Source of the DNA: an uncultured Candidatus Poseidoniales archaeon
Lineage (GTDB): Archaea > Thermoplasmatota > Poseidoniia > Poseidoniales > Thalassarchaeaceae
Assembly (NCBI GenBank): GCA_964645485.1
Contig: CAZXZO010000004.1
Span: forward strand, 1-64,000
DNA: 64,000 nt
Direction: 5' to 3'
Position 1 is the stretch's first letter. Each line of letters opens with the position of its first letter. Of this stretch, positions 17,689 through 26,672 are shown in pieces. The translations under genes and the position numbers were made by a program. Under the pieces are notes generated by a model. That model ran no database searches. It saw only the letters and a list, made by a program, of their open reading frames with translations, and was not told the DNA's origin.

Positions 17689-17994
17689 ATGGCCAAGTTA
17701 CGAAAGGCAGCCCGTCCCAAGCGCCGATGGATTGGCTTGGCAGTTGATGAGTCAATCGAAAGTAGGAGTGAATTAGAAGAAATTTTAAGTCAAATTGATG
17801 ATTTGGGAGATAGATGCAAATTGTTTGACTTTATTGGTGGTCAAGCAATAATTAGAATTCCTCTAGAGTCATATAATTCGGCAAAATCAGTTCTTGAGGC
17901 CGGGTGTAAAGGATTGGTTTCAAAGACCAGTTCGGGAAAAATTCGCTTAGTACGTGAGCGTTTGGGAATCAAAGTTTCTCGCAACAAAAGATAA
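17689..17994 (+). CDS. Rpp14/Pop5-family RNase P protein-like
   Basis: PKRRWIG, AIIRIP, TSSGKIRLVRERLG and the size fit the Pop5 family. Confidence 0.62.
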   Translation: MAKLRKAARPKRRWIGLAVDESIESRSELEEILSQIDDLGDRCKLFDFIGGQAIIRIPLESYNSAKSVLEAGCKGLVSKTSSGKIRLVRERLGIKVSRNKR

Positions 17995-18004
17995 ATTCTC
18001 ATTC

Positions 18005-20581
18005 CTAATGTTTTCCAGCCCAACTATCCTCAACAGATAAGGCCTTATTCTTGAGAGGTATAATCTTTCGATAGACTTCAGAAGGAGAGCACATCTCTCC
18101 ACCTACCGTTAATAATCGGGCAAGAGGGATGCCAAAATGTTCTTCGTTTTCAACTAATAACGGTTGGATAATGTCCCAATCCGCGTCAGTTAGTTCAACA
18201 AATTCGCCTCCATTCAATTGCGAGGAAGACAGCACATTGGTTGGGTCGCGAACATAAATCGCTCCGCCACTCGAGAGACTGAACAGATTTCCACCCGGAT
18301 AAGGTGTATTTAGTTCAGAGATTTCCCCATTGCTTTCAAACTTGAGTCCGTTGACTACAACGAATCCGCCTCCATCTAACGGGTCTCCAGCCATGAAGGA
18401 TTCAGCAAGATAGTCCAAAGCTGTGCCATTAATGACTAGTTTTGGGCTGCCAACGGAGTTTATCATAGGTCTACCAGCAGCGTTTCCTTGAACAAATAAT
18501 CTACCACCTTTTGCTCCGTATCCATAACATTGCCCAACATCTCCATGAACAACTAAAGTTCCTGCCTTGTGAATTTGGGCTACTTGATCCTGTGCATTTC
18601 CATGCATGTGAATAGTCATTCCATCACTACCACTACCAAGGTAGTCGCCAACACTTCCGAAGACGTCGATTCTCACATCTGAGGTCTCCATACCAAATCC
18701 GTTGCCAATGAACCGGTGTCCATGACAATGTGTAACGACAAAGTTACTCCATCCTGTATTGTACAACGCCACTAACTCTCGAGCAAGAGATTCCGTTCCT
18801 TCAATCGGATAAGGTCGTGCGTCTACAACAATTGCTTGGCCTTCGTTTTGAGGTTCAGGTAGGTGGCCAGGGGATTTTTGGCCAGAGAAATGTTCGCATG
18901 GAGTTGTCCCAGCATGATTCAAAATCCCCATTATTGCGTCTTCAACGCAATCTAACCATCGGCTTGTTCGTAGACTTCCTGTGTCATATTTTCTGTTCAA
19001 TAGGAGGCATAGCAAGTCGATTGATTGTTTCCTTGAATGTTGGCTAGCATTGGAGCCTATTTCTGCAAGAAGGGCACGAGCAGCAGGCCAATCAAGGTCA
19101 GGGAAAGCAGTTACAATCTGCCCGAAGACTTCGATTGGTGTCCACTCAGTTGGCCAATCAAATCCTGAATCCATTGCTGCTGGTTCAATCTCAAAGTTGC
19201 CTTCTGGTTTTGTATCAACGATTGCACCAAATTTGTTGCTCATGATTAGTTCATGTCCGCCATTTTCATCAGGTTTTACATCAAATATGAATGAGCCTCC
19301 ATCTGTGTAAGAGCCGCCTCTAGCATTCCAGTATTCGTCACAACGGCGCCAGAATCGCTTATCTTCGGATGATAAGCTTTCTAATACTGCATCGATAACT
19401 TGCTTTTCGCTACCACAAAAAGCGATGCCGACCTCACCACGCTGGTAAGAGAAAACTTGCGGCCTTAACATGCTGGTATCAGTTATTCCAATTAATTGAT
19501 GAGTCAGGCCATCTGCTTTGGCGATTATGAAGAACCAAGGTCCATCTGGTGAGCCATGAATGTGGGTTTTTTGGATTGCTTCGTAAATCTCTTGTTTTTC
19601 GTCAGGCAGCATCACAAAATCAAGTTCGCCTGTGGGCGCTAAACTCTCTATCACATATTCCATCGGGTATCCGTATACTCGAGAATGGAGGTCAAAACCG
19701 AGTGCTGCTACTTCAGTATCTGTGAAGAAGAGCGGTTCCATTCCTCTTTGGCCAAGATAGTCCTTGACTGAAACATAATTTGAGAAATCCCCGTTGTGTA
19801 CAAGAGCAACGTCAACACCCTGTCCAAATGGGTGTGCACCACCTGGGTGAGTTACCCTGCCTCTTGTTGGGTAGCGGTGGTGTCCAATCCAAACATGTGC
19901 TGTTACGTCATCTAGTCTATAGTACCGAATCACGTCTTCAGCATATCCGACAATCTTGAGAATAATCATATTTTGTCCATGACTTAGAACGAACGCATCT
20001 GCTCTTTGTTCCTTAGCATAAAATTCAACATTTAATTTGTGAGTATTCTGGAAGACCATTTCATCCCACATGGTTTTTTTGTTGGCGAAATCTGATTCTG
20101 TCAGATTTCCATCGGAGAGGAATTTTTCCACAGCGGCTGGTTTTGGCCTTATGAAATAACAAACAACATTTGGTGGTTGCACATCTAGATTTTCAAGTTC
20201 TTTCCAATTATCCAGAGTGGATACTTCATGAGTGTGGTCAACATCAAAATTTGAATTAATGAATTGTTCCTCAACATCTTTTCGCACTGAATCATCTAAG
20301 TAAGCAACTGCATACAAGTAATCATTTTTGAGAATCTCAGGGCTAACACCGAACTGTTCATGGTCAAGTCCAACCATTGCTACTCCGCCGCCTTTTCCGT
20401 TTCCACGGTTACGCATTTGTTCAAGTGAATTGAATAGATGGCGTCCAGCAACTGGGATTTCACATGCCAAACCAACAACTCCACAACCTCCTTCGGCTGC
20501 ATCGTCTTCATTCAACTCAAACTTTGGTAAACGGCTGTTCATTAATCGCCTTGAATCAAGAAGTGCTTCTGCATTCTTCAT
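18005..20581 (-). CDS. Glutamate synthase subunit: class II glutamine amidotransferase + GXGXG domain
   Basis: EGG|CGVVG Ntn nucleophile, RNRGNGKGGG, GHHRYPT, HNGD, TDTEV and C-terminal GXGXG repeats (GDVGQCYGYGAKGG). Confidence 0.88.
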   Translation of the reverse strand: MKNAEALLDSRRLMNSRLPKFELNEDDAAEGGCGVVGLACEIPVAGRHLFNSLEQMRNRGNGKGGGVAMVGLDHEQFGVSPEILKNDYLYAVAYLDDSVRKDVEEQFINSNFDVDHTHEVSTLDNWKELENLDVQPPNVVCYFIRPKPAAVEKFLSDGNLTESDFANKKTMWDEMVFQNTHKLNVEFYAKEQRADAFVLSHGQNMIILKIVGYAEDVIRYYRLDDVTAHVWIGHHRYPTRGRVTHPGGAHPFGQGVDVALVHNGDFSNYVSVKDYLGQRGMEPLFFTDTEVAALGFDLHSRVYGYPMEYVIESLAPTGELDFVMLPDEKQEIYEAIQKTHIHGSPDGPWFFIIAKADGLTHQLIGITDTSMLRPQVFSYQRGEVGIAFCGSEKQVIDAVLESLSSEDKRFWRRCDEYWNARGGSYTDGGSFIFDVKPDENGGHELIMSNKFGAIVDTKPEGNFEIEPAAMDSGFDWPTEWTPIEVFGQIVTAFPDLDWPAARALLAEIGSNASQHSRKQSIDLLCLLLNRKYDTGSLRTSRWLDCVEDAIMGILNHAGTTPCEHFSGQKSPGHLPEPQNEGQAIVVDARPYPIEGTESLARELVALYNTGWSNFVVTHCHGHRFIGNGFGMETSDVRIDVFGSVGDYLGSGSDGMTIHMHGNAQDQVAQIHKAGTLVVHGDVGQCYGYGAKGGRLFVQGNAAGRPMINSVGSPKLVINGTALDYLAESFMAGDPLDGGGFVVVNGLKFESNGEISELNTPYPGGNLFSLSSGGAIYVRDPTNVLSSSQLNGGEFVELTDADWDIIQPLLVENEEHFGIPLARLLTVGGEMCSPSEVYRKIIPLKNKALSVEDSWAGKH

Positions 20582-21906
20582 TCCAAATCACTCCTAGTGT
20601 AGACTAATAGGTCGGTACGACCAACCAAATCTTTGACATCACTTAGTCCTAATTTTCGTAGGATATCTCGAAGACGCCATTGAAGAGCAGTGTAATAGTT
20701 ATCTAATCTTTTTACTGCCCAATCTTGCTGTACCCATTCTTGCAATTCGATATCCGTGGTTGTCAATCCCCAAGGGCAACCTCTACCAGAAGGTCCGCCT
20801 TCACAATTTGAACAGCGAGTACAACCCATTGCAACTAAGTCACTTGTACCTAGAACAACCCCATCTGCTCCTAATGCGATGGCTTTGGCGATATCATCTG
20901 CAGTTCGGATGCCACCACTAGCAATCAAAGTTACATTCTCTCTAATTCCTTCTTTGATGAGGAATTTGTGAACTTTCGGTACTGCTAACTCAATCGGCAT
21001 TGCAATATTTTTCTTGGCAATTTCTGGCGCTGCTCCAGTTCCGCCAAAGGCTCCGTCAAGGTGGATGATGTGGGCTCCAGCATAAAATGAACCAACAGCC
21101 ACCATGTCAACATCGTGTGGTGTTGAAACTTTGACAGATATCAACGCATCAGGGTTGATTGTCTGCACCCAATCGATGTGTTTTGAGTGGTCTTCAACGG
21201 AGTAAGTTGAATGGAATGGGAATGGGCTGAAAAGGCTGACAAATGGCACGCTGCCCCGCATCTTTGCAACCTCCTCGCCTGCTTTGGTAGCCAATAAGTG
21301 GCCGCCAAGTCCCGGTTTTGCCCCCTGGGCATATTTGAATTCAACAATCGGGGCGGCTTGGATGGATTTTTCTTCAACACCAAATAAGCCAGTAGCAACT
21401 TGTGTAATCACGTGGTCTCTGCATTCGTACAATTCAGTGGGATAGCCACCTTCTCCAGTTGACATGTATGTATTCCAATTCTTGGCGTGGATTGCGCGCG
21501 ACATCATCACATTAACCGAGACGGAACCATAAGACATCCCTCCTCCATAGATCGGGATTGCAGGGGTTAATTTCTTCCTGTGGTCACCGCGCCTATTCAG
21601 TGGAATGCTGGTTTTGATGTCTTCAGAGTGTTTGAGCCATTTTTCTTCATCCAACATTTTGAAATCAAGTCGGTCAAATCCTCCGTTACTATCTCCGGTT
21701 TTGTAATTTAGATTTTCAGGCAGTGTTCCAGTGGCTGCCATGTGCCAAGTGGAGAGAATCAATTCATCTGTCCAACGAGCATCTCCCAAAGCCGGTGGAA
21801 TCTCAAATTCTCCAGAGGTCCGTGCTTCCATTCCATCGTGCATAAGGTGCGTAATCTTGTGTATCATCGTCTCGCTTGGGAATACTGGTAGGTTACTCTT
21901 GGCCAT
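20578..21906 (-). CDS. Glutamate synthase FMN-binding catalytic subunit
   Basis: GGMSYGSVS, STGEGG, QVATGLFGV, KYAQGAKPGLGGHL, DGAFGGTGAAP, CTRCSNC...CPWG. Confidence 0.9.
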   Translation of the reverse strand: MAKSNLPVFPSETMIHKITHLMHDGMEARTSGEFEIPPALGDARWTDELILSTWHMAATGTLPENLNYKTGDSNGGFDRLDFKMLDEEKWLKHSEDIKTSIPLNRRGDHRKKLTPAIPIYGGGMSYGSVSVNVMMSRAIHAKNWNTYMSTGEGGYPTELYECRDHVITQVATGLFGVEEKSIQAAPIVEFKYAQGAKPGLGGHLLATKAGEEVAKMRGSVPFVSLFSPFPFHSTYSVEDHSKHIDWVQTINPDALISVKVSTPHDVDMVAVGSFYAGAHIIHLDGAFGGTGAAPEIAKKNIAMPIELAVPKVHKFLIKEGIRENVTLIASGGIRTADDIAKAIALGADGVVLGTSDLVAMGCTRCSNCEGGPSGRGCPWGLTTTDIELQEWVQQDWAVKRLDNYYTALQWRLRDILRKLGLSDVKDLVGRTDLLVYTRSDLE

Positions 21907-23417
21907 TAAATTCCACCTCCTGTGAATCCTTCAATTTCTGAAAAAGCCTCTTCCTCTAGATGGGAACACCACATTGCTCTACCCATTTCACCCCTCAATC
22001 TTCGGACTTCACGGATACCCATCGCGCCTAAGATTTCGAGCATCTGGTCTCTCCAAGACCCAGTTAAGTTGACAATTCGTTGACAAGCCCATTCATCATC
22101 GAATTTCTTGGGTAATTTTGCAGTGTATCCTTCTCTGCTTGATGTGTCTCCGCCTAATCTAGCTTGGATTGCGACGAGTAGTGGTAAGTCAAGACCAACT
22201 GCATCTAAGCCGCAGATGATTGCCTTTGGAAGATGGTCGGCAGCGATTACTCCACCGCTGTGGAGAAGTGTGACTTTATCACGTACTCCTGCTTTGATTA
22301 GCATCTCATGCGCTTCGATAATAATGTCCATGATAAATCTGCCACCATCATCTTCTCCGTGGTTATTTGCCACGAAGTGAATAACAGGAACATCAGCGGC
22401 AATCATTTCGCTGAGTTGGTCTTGCCAACCTTCTTCAAATGCCATTCGCACTGAAATCATCAAATCCGGGTTTGAGGATACCATAGATTTGTATTCTGAT
22501 GCACCCCAGTTCTCCAATTGTACCATCCTTGTGCCATTTTGGAAAGATCTCGCCGTTTCATAAGAATCAAGCGAGATGATAGGTACGACTGCAGGCGAGG
22601 CTAAATTGTTTGATGCAACCATATCTGCAGATATTAATGCCAAAGTATCAACTTGTTCGGCTGCCGTTTTCCATATTTTTGCCAAGCGAGGCGTCATGAC
22701 ACTTCCAGCAGGTGAATCAAATACAAATGGGACCTGAATGCTCATCATTTTTGGTCCAGCGCTTACCAGCCCACCATCTGAATCAAATTGTAAACGCATT
22801 GGTTTTGAACCAATATCAACAACAGTGCTAATCAATTCTCTTCCATGTATCCCATCTCGGCTTGGCCGCACAATCTCAGACATGTCGGTGAACATTTCAT
22901 CCCAACCAGGTCCTCCGAAACGGCCACGGTAACCTTGTCCTCTGACAGGAACTGTGCCTTTACGGGCTTCTTCATCAATTGTGGAGATTATTTTTGAATT
23001 CAAGTATGAGTCGCCCATCGATTCAAGGGCTGGATTTGGGGTGATAGTAACAAATCCGGGGTGCTCAATAGTACAACGTAAACACCCAACACATTTTTCA
23101 GGCCGAGGTGAGAATCCTCCTACAGGTCCAGAAAATACTCCGTAAGTACAGGGTCTTGCGAAAACCACATCCCACTTGCCCCAGTATTCAAAGACCTCAC
23201 TAATGAGTAACTTTGCTAGTCCAAATTTTCCAACTTTGACAAGGAATCTGTTGGGGAGAGATTGCCGGTCAGGTATTTCGATTGTATCAATGTGATAGCG
23301 ATGATAACTATCCGCGCGGGTTCTAGATTGCGAAGCGAATTCTGCCATCGTCAGTCTAGATTTTTCACTTGCTCCAATCATCGTTTGGTCTTCCTCCACT
23401 TTGTTCAGCAGTTGCAT
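21906..23417 (-). CDS. Glutamate synthase-related subunit: Fe-S domain + degenerate FMN barrel
   Basis: CVGCLRC, DMSEIVRPSRDGIHGRE, SGGVIAADHLPKAIICGLDAV and GAMGIREVRRLRGE; lacks AQGAKPG. Confidence 0.8.
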   Translation of the reverse strand: MQLLNKVEEDQTMIGASEKSRLTMAEFASQSRTRADSYHRYHIDTIEIPDRQSLPNRFLVKVGKFGLAKLLISEVFEYWGKWDVVFARPCTYGVFSGPVGGFSPRPEKCVGCLRCTIEHPGFVTITPNPALESMGDSYLNSKIISTIDEEARKGTVPVRGQGYRGRFGGPGWDEMFTDMSEIVRPSRDGIHGRELISTVVDIGSKPMRLQFDSDGGLVSAGPKMMSIQVPFVFDSPAGSVMTPRLAKIWKTAAEQVDTLALISADMVASNNLASPAVVPIISLDSYETARSFQNGTRMVQLENWGASEYKSMVSSNPDLMISVRMAFEEGWQDQLSEMIAADVPVIHFVANNHGEDDGGRFIMDIIIEAHEMLIKAGVRDKVTLLHSGGVIAADHLPKAIICGLDAVGLDLPLLVAIQARLGGDTSSREGYTAKLPKKFDDEWACQRIVNLTGSWRDQMLEILGAMGIREVRRLRGEMGRAMWCSHLEEEAFSEIEGFTGGGI

Positions 23418-23732
23418 TCACCGCCCCCCACAGGGGGCGTTGGCAGCGCGTGCCGCCTTTAATCATTGAGTTGGGCTAGTTCAGGAATTAGCCAGATAGC
23501 CATGCACACGTTCATTAAACTAATGATAAAGTGTGCATATGTTCAGTTTCCACGAAAGTAGTAATAACATTCACGCAATCAAGCGGTAACTAGATTTTGG
23601 CTATTACTTCGCATCTGATTGCAAATATTACAGCATCTTTTTGTGTCCCAGAGTTGATTCTTAATCAAGCAGGTTCTTCTAATAAACGGTCAATTATTCT
23701 TCAAACTATTCAAGGGCGATGTTCATGATGCA

Positions 23733-24284
23733 TTGGCTGTTCGCCCATCCATGGCAGGAGGGGGAGTGGGTGCAAAAGTAACCCCGCATGATATCTCAAT
23801 TATAGTCGGAGCAATCGGCTTAGTCGGTGCTTTAGCAATCTCTATGTTTGCTCTTCCAATGATGGTCGAATTTGGTGAGGTATCATCTACTCAAGAAGTG
23901 CGTTCAATTTCTGTTGGAGTTCTTGGTTCTAAAGATAATATTGTGGTCGAAGCATCCCCGATTTGTGAAAACAATAACACCTGTGCAATAAATAATATCA
24001 AGGTAATGAGCGAAGATGGCGCTGAATTAGCAAGGGTTTCAGATTTTGAATTCAACGAAGACGGTTCATTCTCAAGTTCAATAGATGTCGATTCAAGTGG
24101 GAAACTCACGGTAGAAATTAACGGCCAGGGGACTTGGGAGGTAGAAGTGAAAGCACAACGCCAAATCCCAATTCAATTTCTCCCCACGATATTGTCTCTT
24201 CTTCTTCTAGTCTGGGGTGTTTGGCGAAAATTTCAGGAAGGTCCAGCAGATTCAGACATTGATGAAGTCGTCGAAACAGCTTGA
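23733..24284 (+). CDS. Hypothetical membrane protein (TM - beta-rich domain - TM)
   Basis: ORF with N- and C-terminal TM helices; exact start uncertain. Confidence 0.65.
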   Translation: MAVRPSMAGGGVGAKVTPHDISIIVGAIGLVGALAISMFALPMMVEFGEVSSTQEVRSISVGVLGSKDNIVVEASPICENNNTCAINNIKVMSEDGAELARVSDFEFNEDGSFSSSIDVDSSGKLTVEINGQGTWEVEVKAQRQIPIQFLPTILSLLLLVWGVWRKFQEGPADSDIDEVVETA

Positions 24285-24287
24285 TTT

Positions 24288-25721
24288 TCAGACCCAATCA
24301 ATATTGTAACTATCTGAAATTATGTGCTTTTGTGTTCCGTCAGAGCAAATTAATTCTCCTTTTTGATTGATGTTTGTGACTGCCATCTTGCCTGCACCCT
24401 GTCTAAGGGTTAATCCAGATTTTAGGTGATTGGACATTAATGACCAAATCACATTTTTTTGTCTCCATTGTTTAGGGATCAATTCCCCTGTTTCAAATTG
24501 TGAAGCTACGGAGGTGTCTAGTAAGTTTGTGAAGTCGTCTAGGTTTATGTGACCAGTTAATTCTTTTAGGCTGCTTGAGAGGTATTCTTTGTTAGAAGTT
24601 GCACCAAGATTTACTCCGATACCCAGGATTACTTTCTGTTCTTTGCCTGTTTGACGTCCTTCCACTAAGCAACCCGCAAGTTTTCCTGAATTAGTCCAGA
24701 TGTCATTTGGCCAACGAATTGATAGATTGTGTTTTGCAAAAGGTTTGCATTGCGTCCAATGTGTGGAAACTAAGGGGATTTCTTGGCAAGCACATATTGC
24801 ATCGATGACTGCAACTCCCGCTGCAAGTTGAATCAGTCCGGGCCCTTCATCAATCAATTTCGGATCAAGTACCCAACTACCAGCAAAATCACCAGCAGCA
24901 GTATCCCATACTCTTTTTCGTTGACCTCTGCCAACCTGTTGTTGCTTGGCTGTGACGAGGCTTCCAACTGGGAATTCCTCATCTAGGAGGTATTGGTTTG
25001 TGGAATCGATAACATCGTGAGAAACCCTAGTTGCCTTTTCGTGTGGCTTCCATGCTGCAAAACAGGTCAATCTTTCGCCGTCAACTAATTGAAGTTCAGA
25101 AGAAATTCTCGTTGCCCATCCAGCCGCTCTCCAACGACTCTGTAATGAGTTTCCACGTTCATTATTAGTGTGTAAAAGATAAACTGCGCCCCCTTGGTTC
25201 AGGAGATTATTTTCTCTGGTTAGGGTTTGCAAAAGTGCCACCCCCCAACCGCTATTTTTTGGAGTGTCAACTAGGCCTGCATCTTCGAAAGGACCTAACC
25301 TATCGTCGTCACCACTAATTGGTGAGAGGTATGGTAGGTTCCAGGTTATAATGTCAAACGGACCCTGAGATTCTACAATTTTCTGGTTGACGAAATTGGA
25401 ATCTTCATCCAAGCCAGCCTCTACTGCTTTCAGGGTGACATTGTTGTGACTTGCGTTGCCAGTTGTTGTAGCGATTGCAAGTGGGTTTACATCACAGGAT
25501 GTAACCTGCCAACCTAGTTTTGCCGCGGCAATTGAAATGGCTCCACTACCACAACCAATTTCAAGGAGTTTTCTTCCCTTTCCTGCACCTAATTTTGATA
25601 GGCTGGAGAACAAAAGCGCAGTGTCTTCACGGGGGGGATAAACAGTCGCCGGCACGCGGAGGGAAAGCCCCTCCTTTTCATGGTAAATCCATTCGTGAAG
25701 TAGTGCACTCTCACTCTGCAT
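24288..25721 (-). CDS. HemK2/N5-glutamine methyltransferase-like domain fused to biotin--protein ligase
   Basis: N-half VYPPREDT, LEIGCGSG and WNLPY; C-half STN, GRGQRKRVW, RWPND and KLAGCLVE, ILGIGVN. Confidence 0.82.
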   Translation of the reverse strand: MQSESALLHEWIYHEKEGLSLRVPATVYPPREDTALLFSSLSKLGAGKGRKLLEIGCGSGAISIAAAKLGWQVTSCDVNPLAIATTTGNASHNNVTLKAVEAGLDEDSNFVNQKIVESQGPFDIITWNLPYLSPISGDDDRLGPFEDAGLVDTPKNSGWGVALLQTLTRENNLLNQGGAVYLLHTNNERGNSLQSRWRAAGWATRISSELQLVDGERLTCFAAWKPHEKATRVSHDVIDSTNQYLLDEEFPVGSLVTAKQQQVGRGQRKRVWDTAAGDFAGSWVLDPKLIDEGPGLIQLAAGVAVIDAICACQEIPLVSTHWTQCKPFAKHNLSIRWPNDIWTNSGKLAGCLVEGRQTGKEQKVILGIGVNLGATSNKEYLSSSLKELTGHINLDDFTNLLDTSVASQFETGELIPKQWRQKNVIWSLMSNHLKSGLTLRQGAGKMAVTNINQKGELICSDGTQKHIISDSYNIDWV

Positions 25722-25945
25722 TGCGAGCTCACGTTTGGTATGGTCATTCACAGAGGTCCGGTGTAAGTATCATATTTCAATGGTATTTTTGATAAATCCA
25801 AGGATACCTTTATGATGAACCACAGGAAACGAGGGTTTGGAGATTTGCTCTCCTCCACATGACCGAGCGGTCATCACTGTCAGCGTATGCCATGCGACAG
25901 GCTTTTGAAGGGTACCCAAGTCCGAGGTTAGTCACCAATAGCCAT

Positions 25946-26019
25946 GGGCCTGTAGCTCAGTCAGGTGGAGCGACGGACTTTTAATCCGTTGGTCGCGGGT
26001 TCGAACCCCGTCAGGCCCG
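25946..26019 (+). tRNA. tRNA-Lys (UUU)
   Basis: Acceptor GGGCCTG/CAGGCCC, D arm TAGCTCAGTCAGGTGGAGC, anticodon arm ACGGA-CTTTTAA-TCCGT, T loop GGTTCGAACC; no intron and no encoded CCA. Confidence 0.97.
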
Positions 26020-26074
26020 CTCCACTCGATTGGCTCCAGTACCTCGGTTTCTTGGCGAATGTGGGGGTATGTGA

Positions 26075-26665
26075 GTGGCAGTAAAATCATCAACTAAGAA
26101 GCGATTAATGGAGCTTGGTGTTAAGGAAGAATTAGCACACAAGTTGGCAGACGACGCGAACATGGACACCATCAAGAAAATGAGTGCCCAAGATGTCGCT
26201 ACCAAATTAAGTTTGAAGATGACTGATACTGAACTTGAAACAATCATGGATATCATTCGTGAGCAAGCCGCTTCCAAACGCCGCCGTCCAACTCGCCGAG
26301 TGGAAATGAAAGCAGAACTCAAAGCACTAGAAACAAACATTCCACTTGGTGAAATGAGATTCAATGTCCTAAATCACGAAATCGTGCCATTGCATGAATT
26401 GGTGCCTGAAGAGGAACAGATGGAAGAATTGGCCCCTTGGGACCTTGTTGGAACCGATATTGATGGCAGCCCACGCCTTCGAATTGAATTACTTCCTAAG
26501 ATTCTGATTACTGATCCAGCGATTCAGGCAATGAAAGAGGCAATGGAACAGTCTGATGGTGAGTTACGTGCAGGTTGGTTGAACAACAGAGTAGTAAGAA
26601 TCACTCGAAGAAGTCCTTCAGCAGGAATTCACGTGGCATACAGGCTAGTAGTAGAGGGTAACTGA
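26075..26665 (+). CDS. rpoH: RNA polymerase subunit H (Rpo5) with ~85-aa N-terminal extension
   Basis: C-half FNVLNHEIVPLH, LPKILITDP and RITRRSPSAG..AYRLVV; first gene of the rpo operon. Confidence 0.9.
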   Translation: MAVKSSTKKRLMELGVKEELAHKLADDANMDTIKKMSAQDVATKLSLKMTDTELETIMDIIREQAASKRRRPTRRVEMKAELKALETNIPLGEMRFNVLNHEIVPLHELVPEEEQMEELAPWDLVGTDIDGSPRLRIELLPKILITDPAIQAMKEAMEQSDGELRAGWLNNRVVRITRRSPSAGIHVAYRLVVEGN

Positions 26666-26672
26666 GGAGGCG

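Noticed and set aside
25946-26075. tRNA-Lys as an integration site
   Set aside because: No duplicated tRNA 3' end or integrase seen; housekeeping genes lie on both sides.
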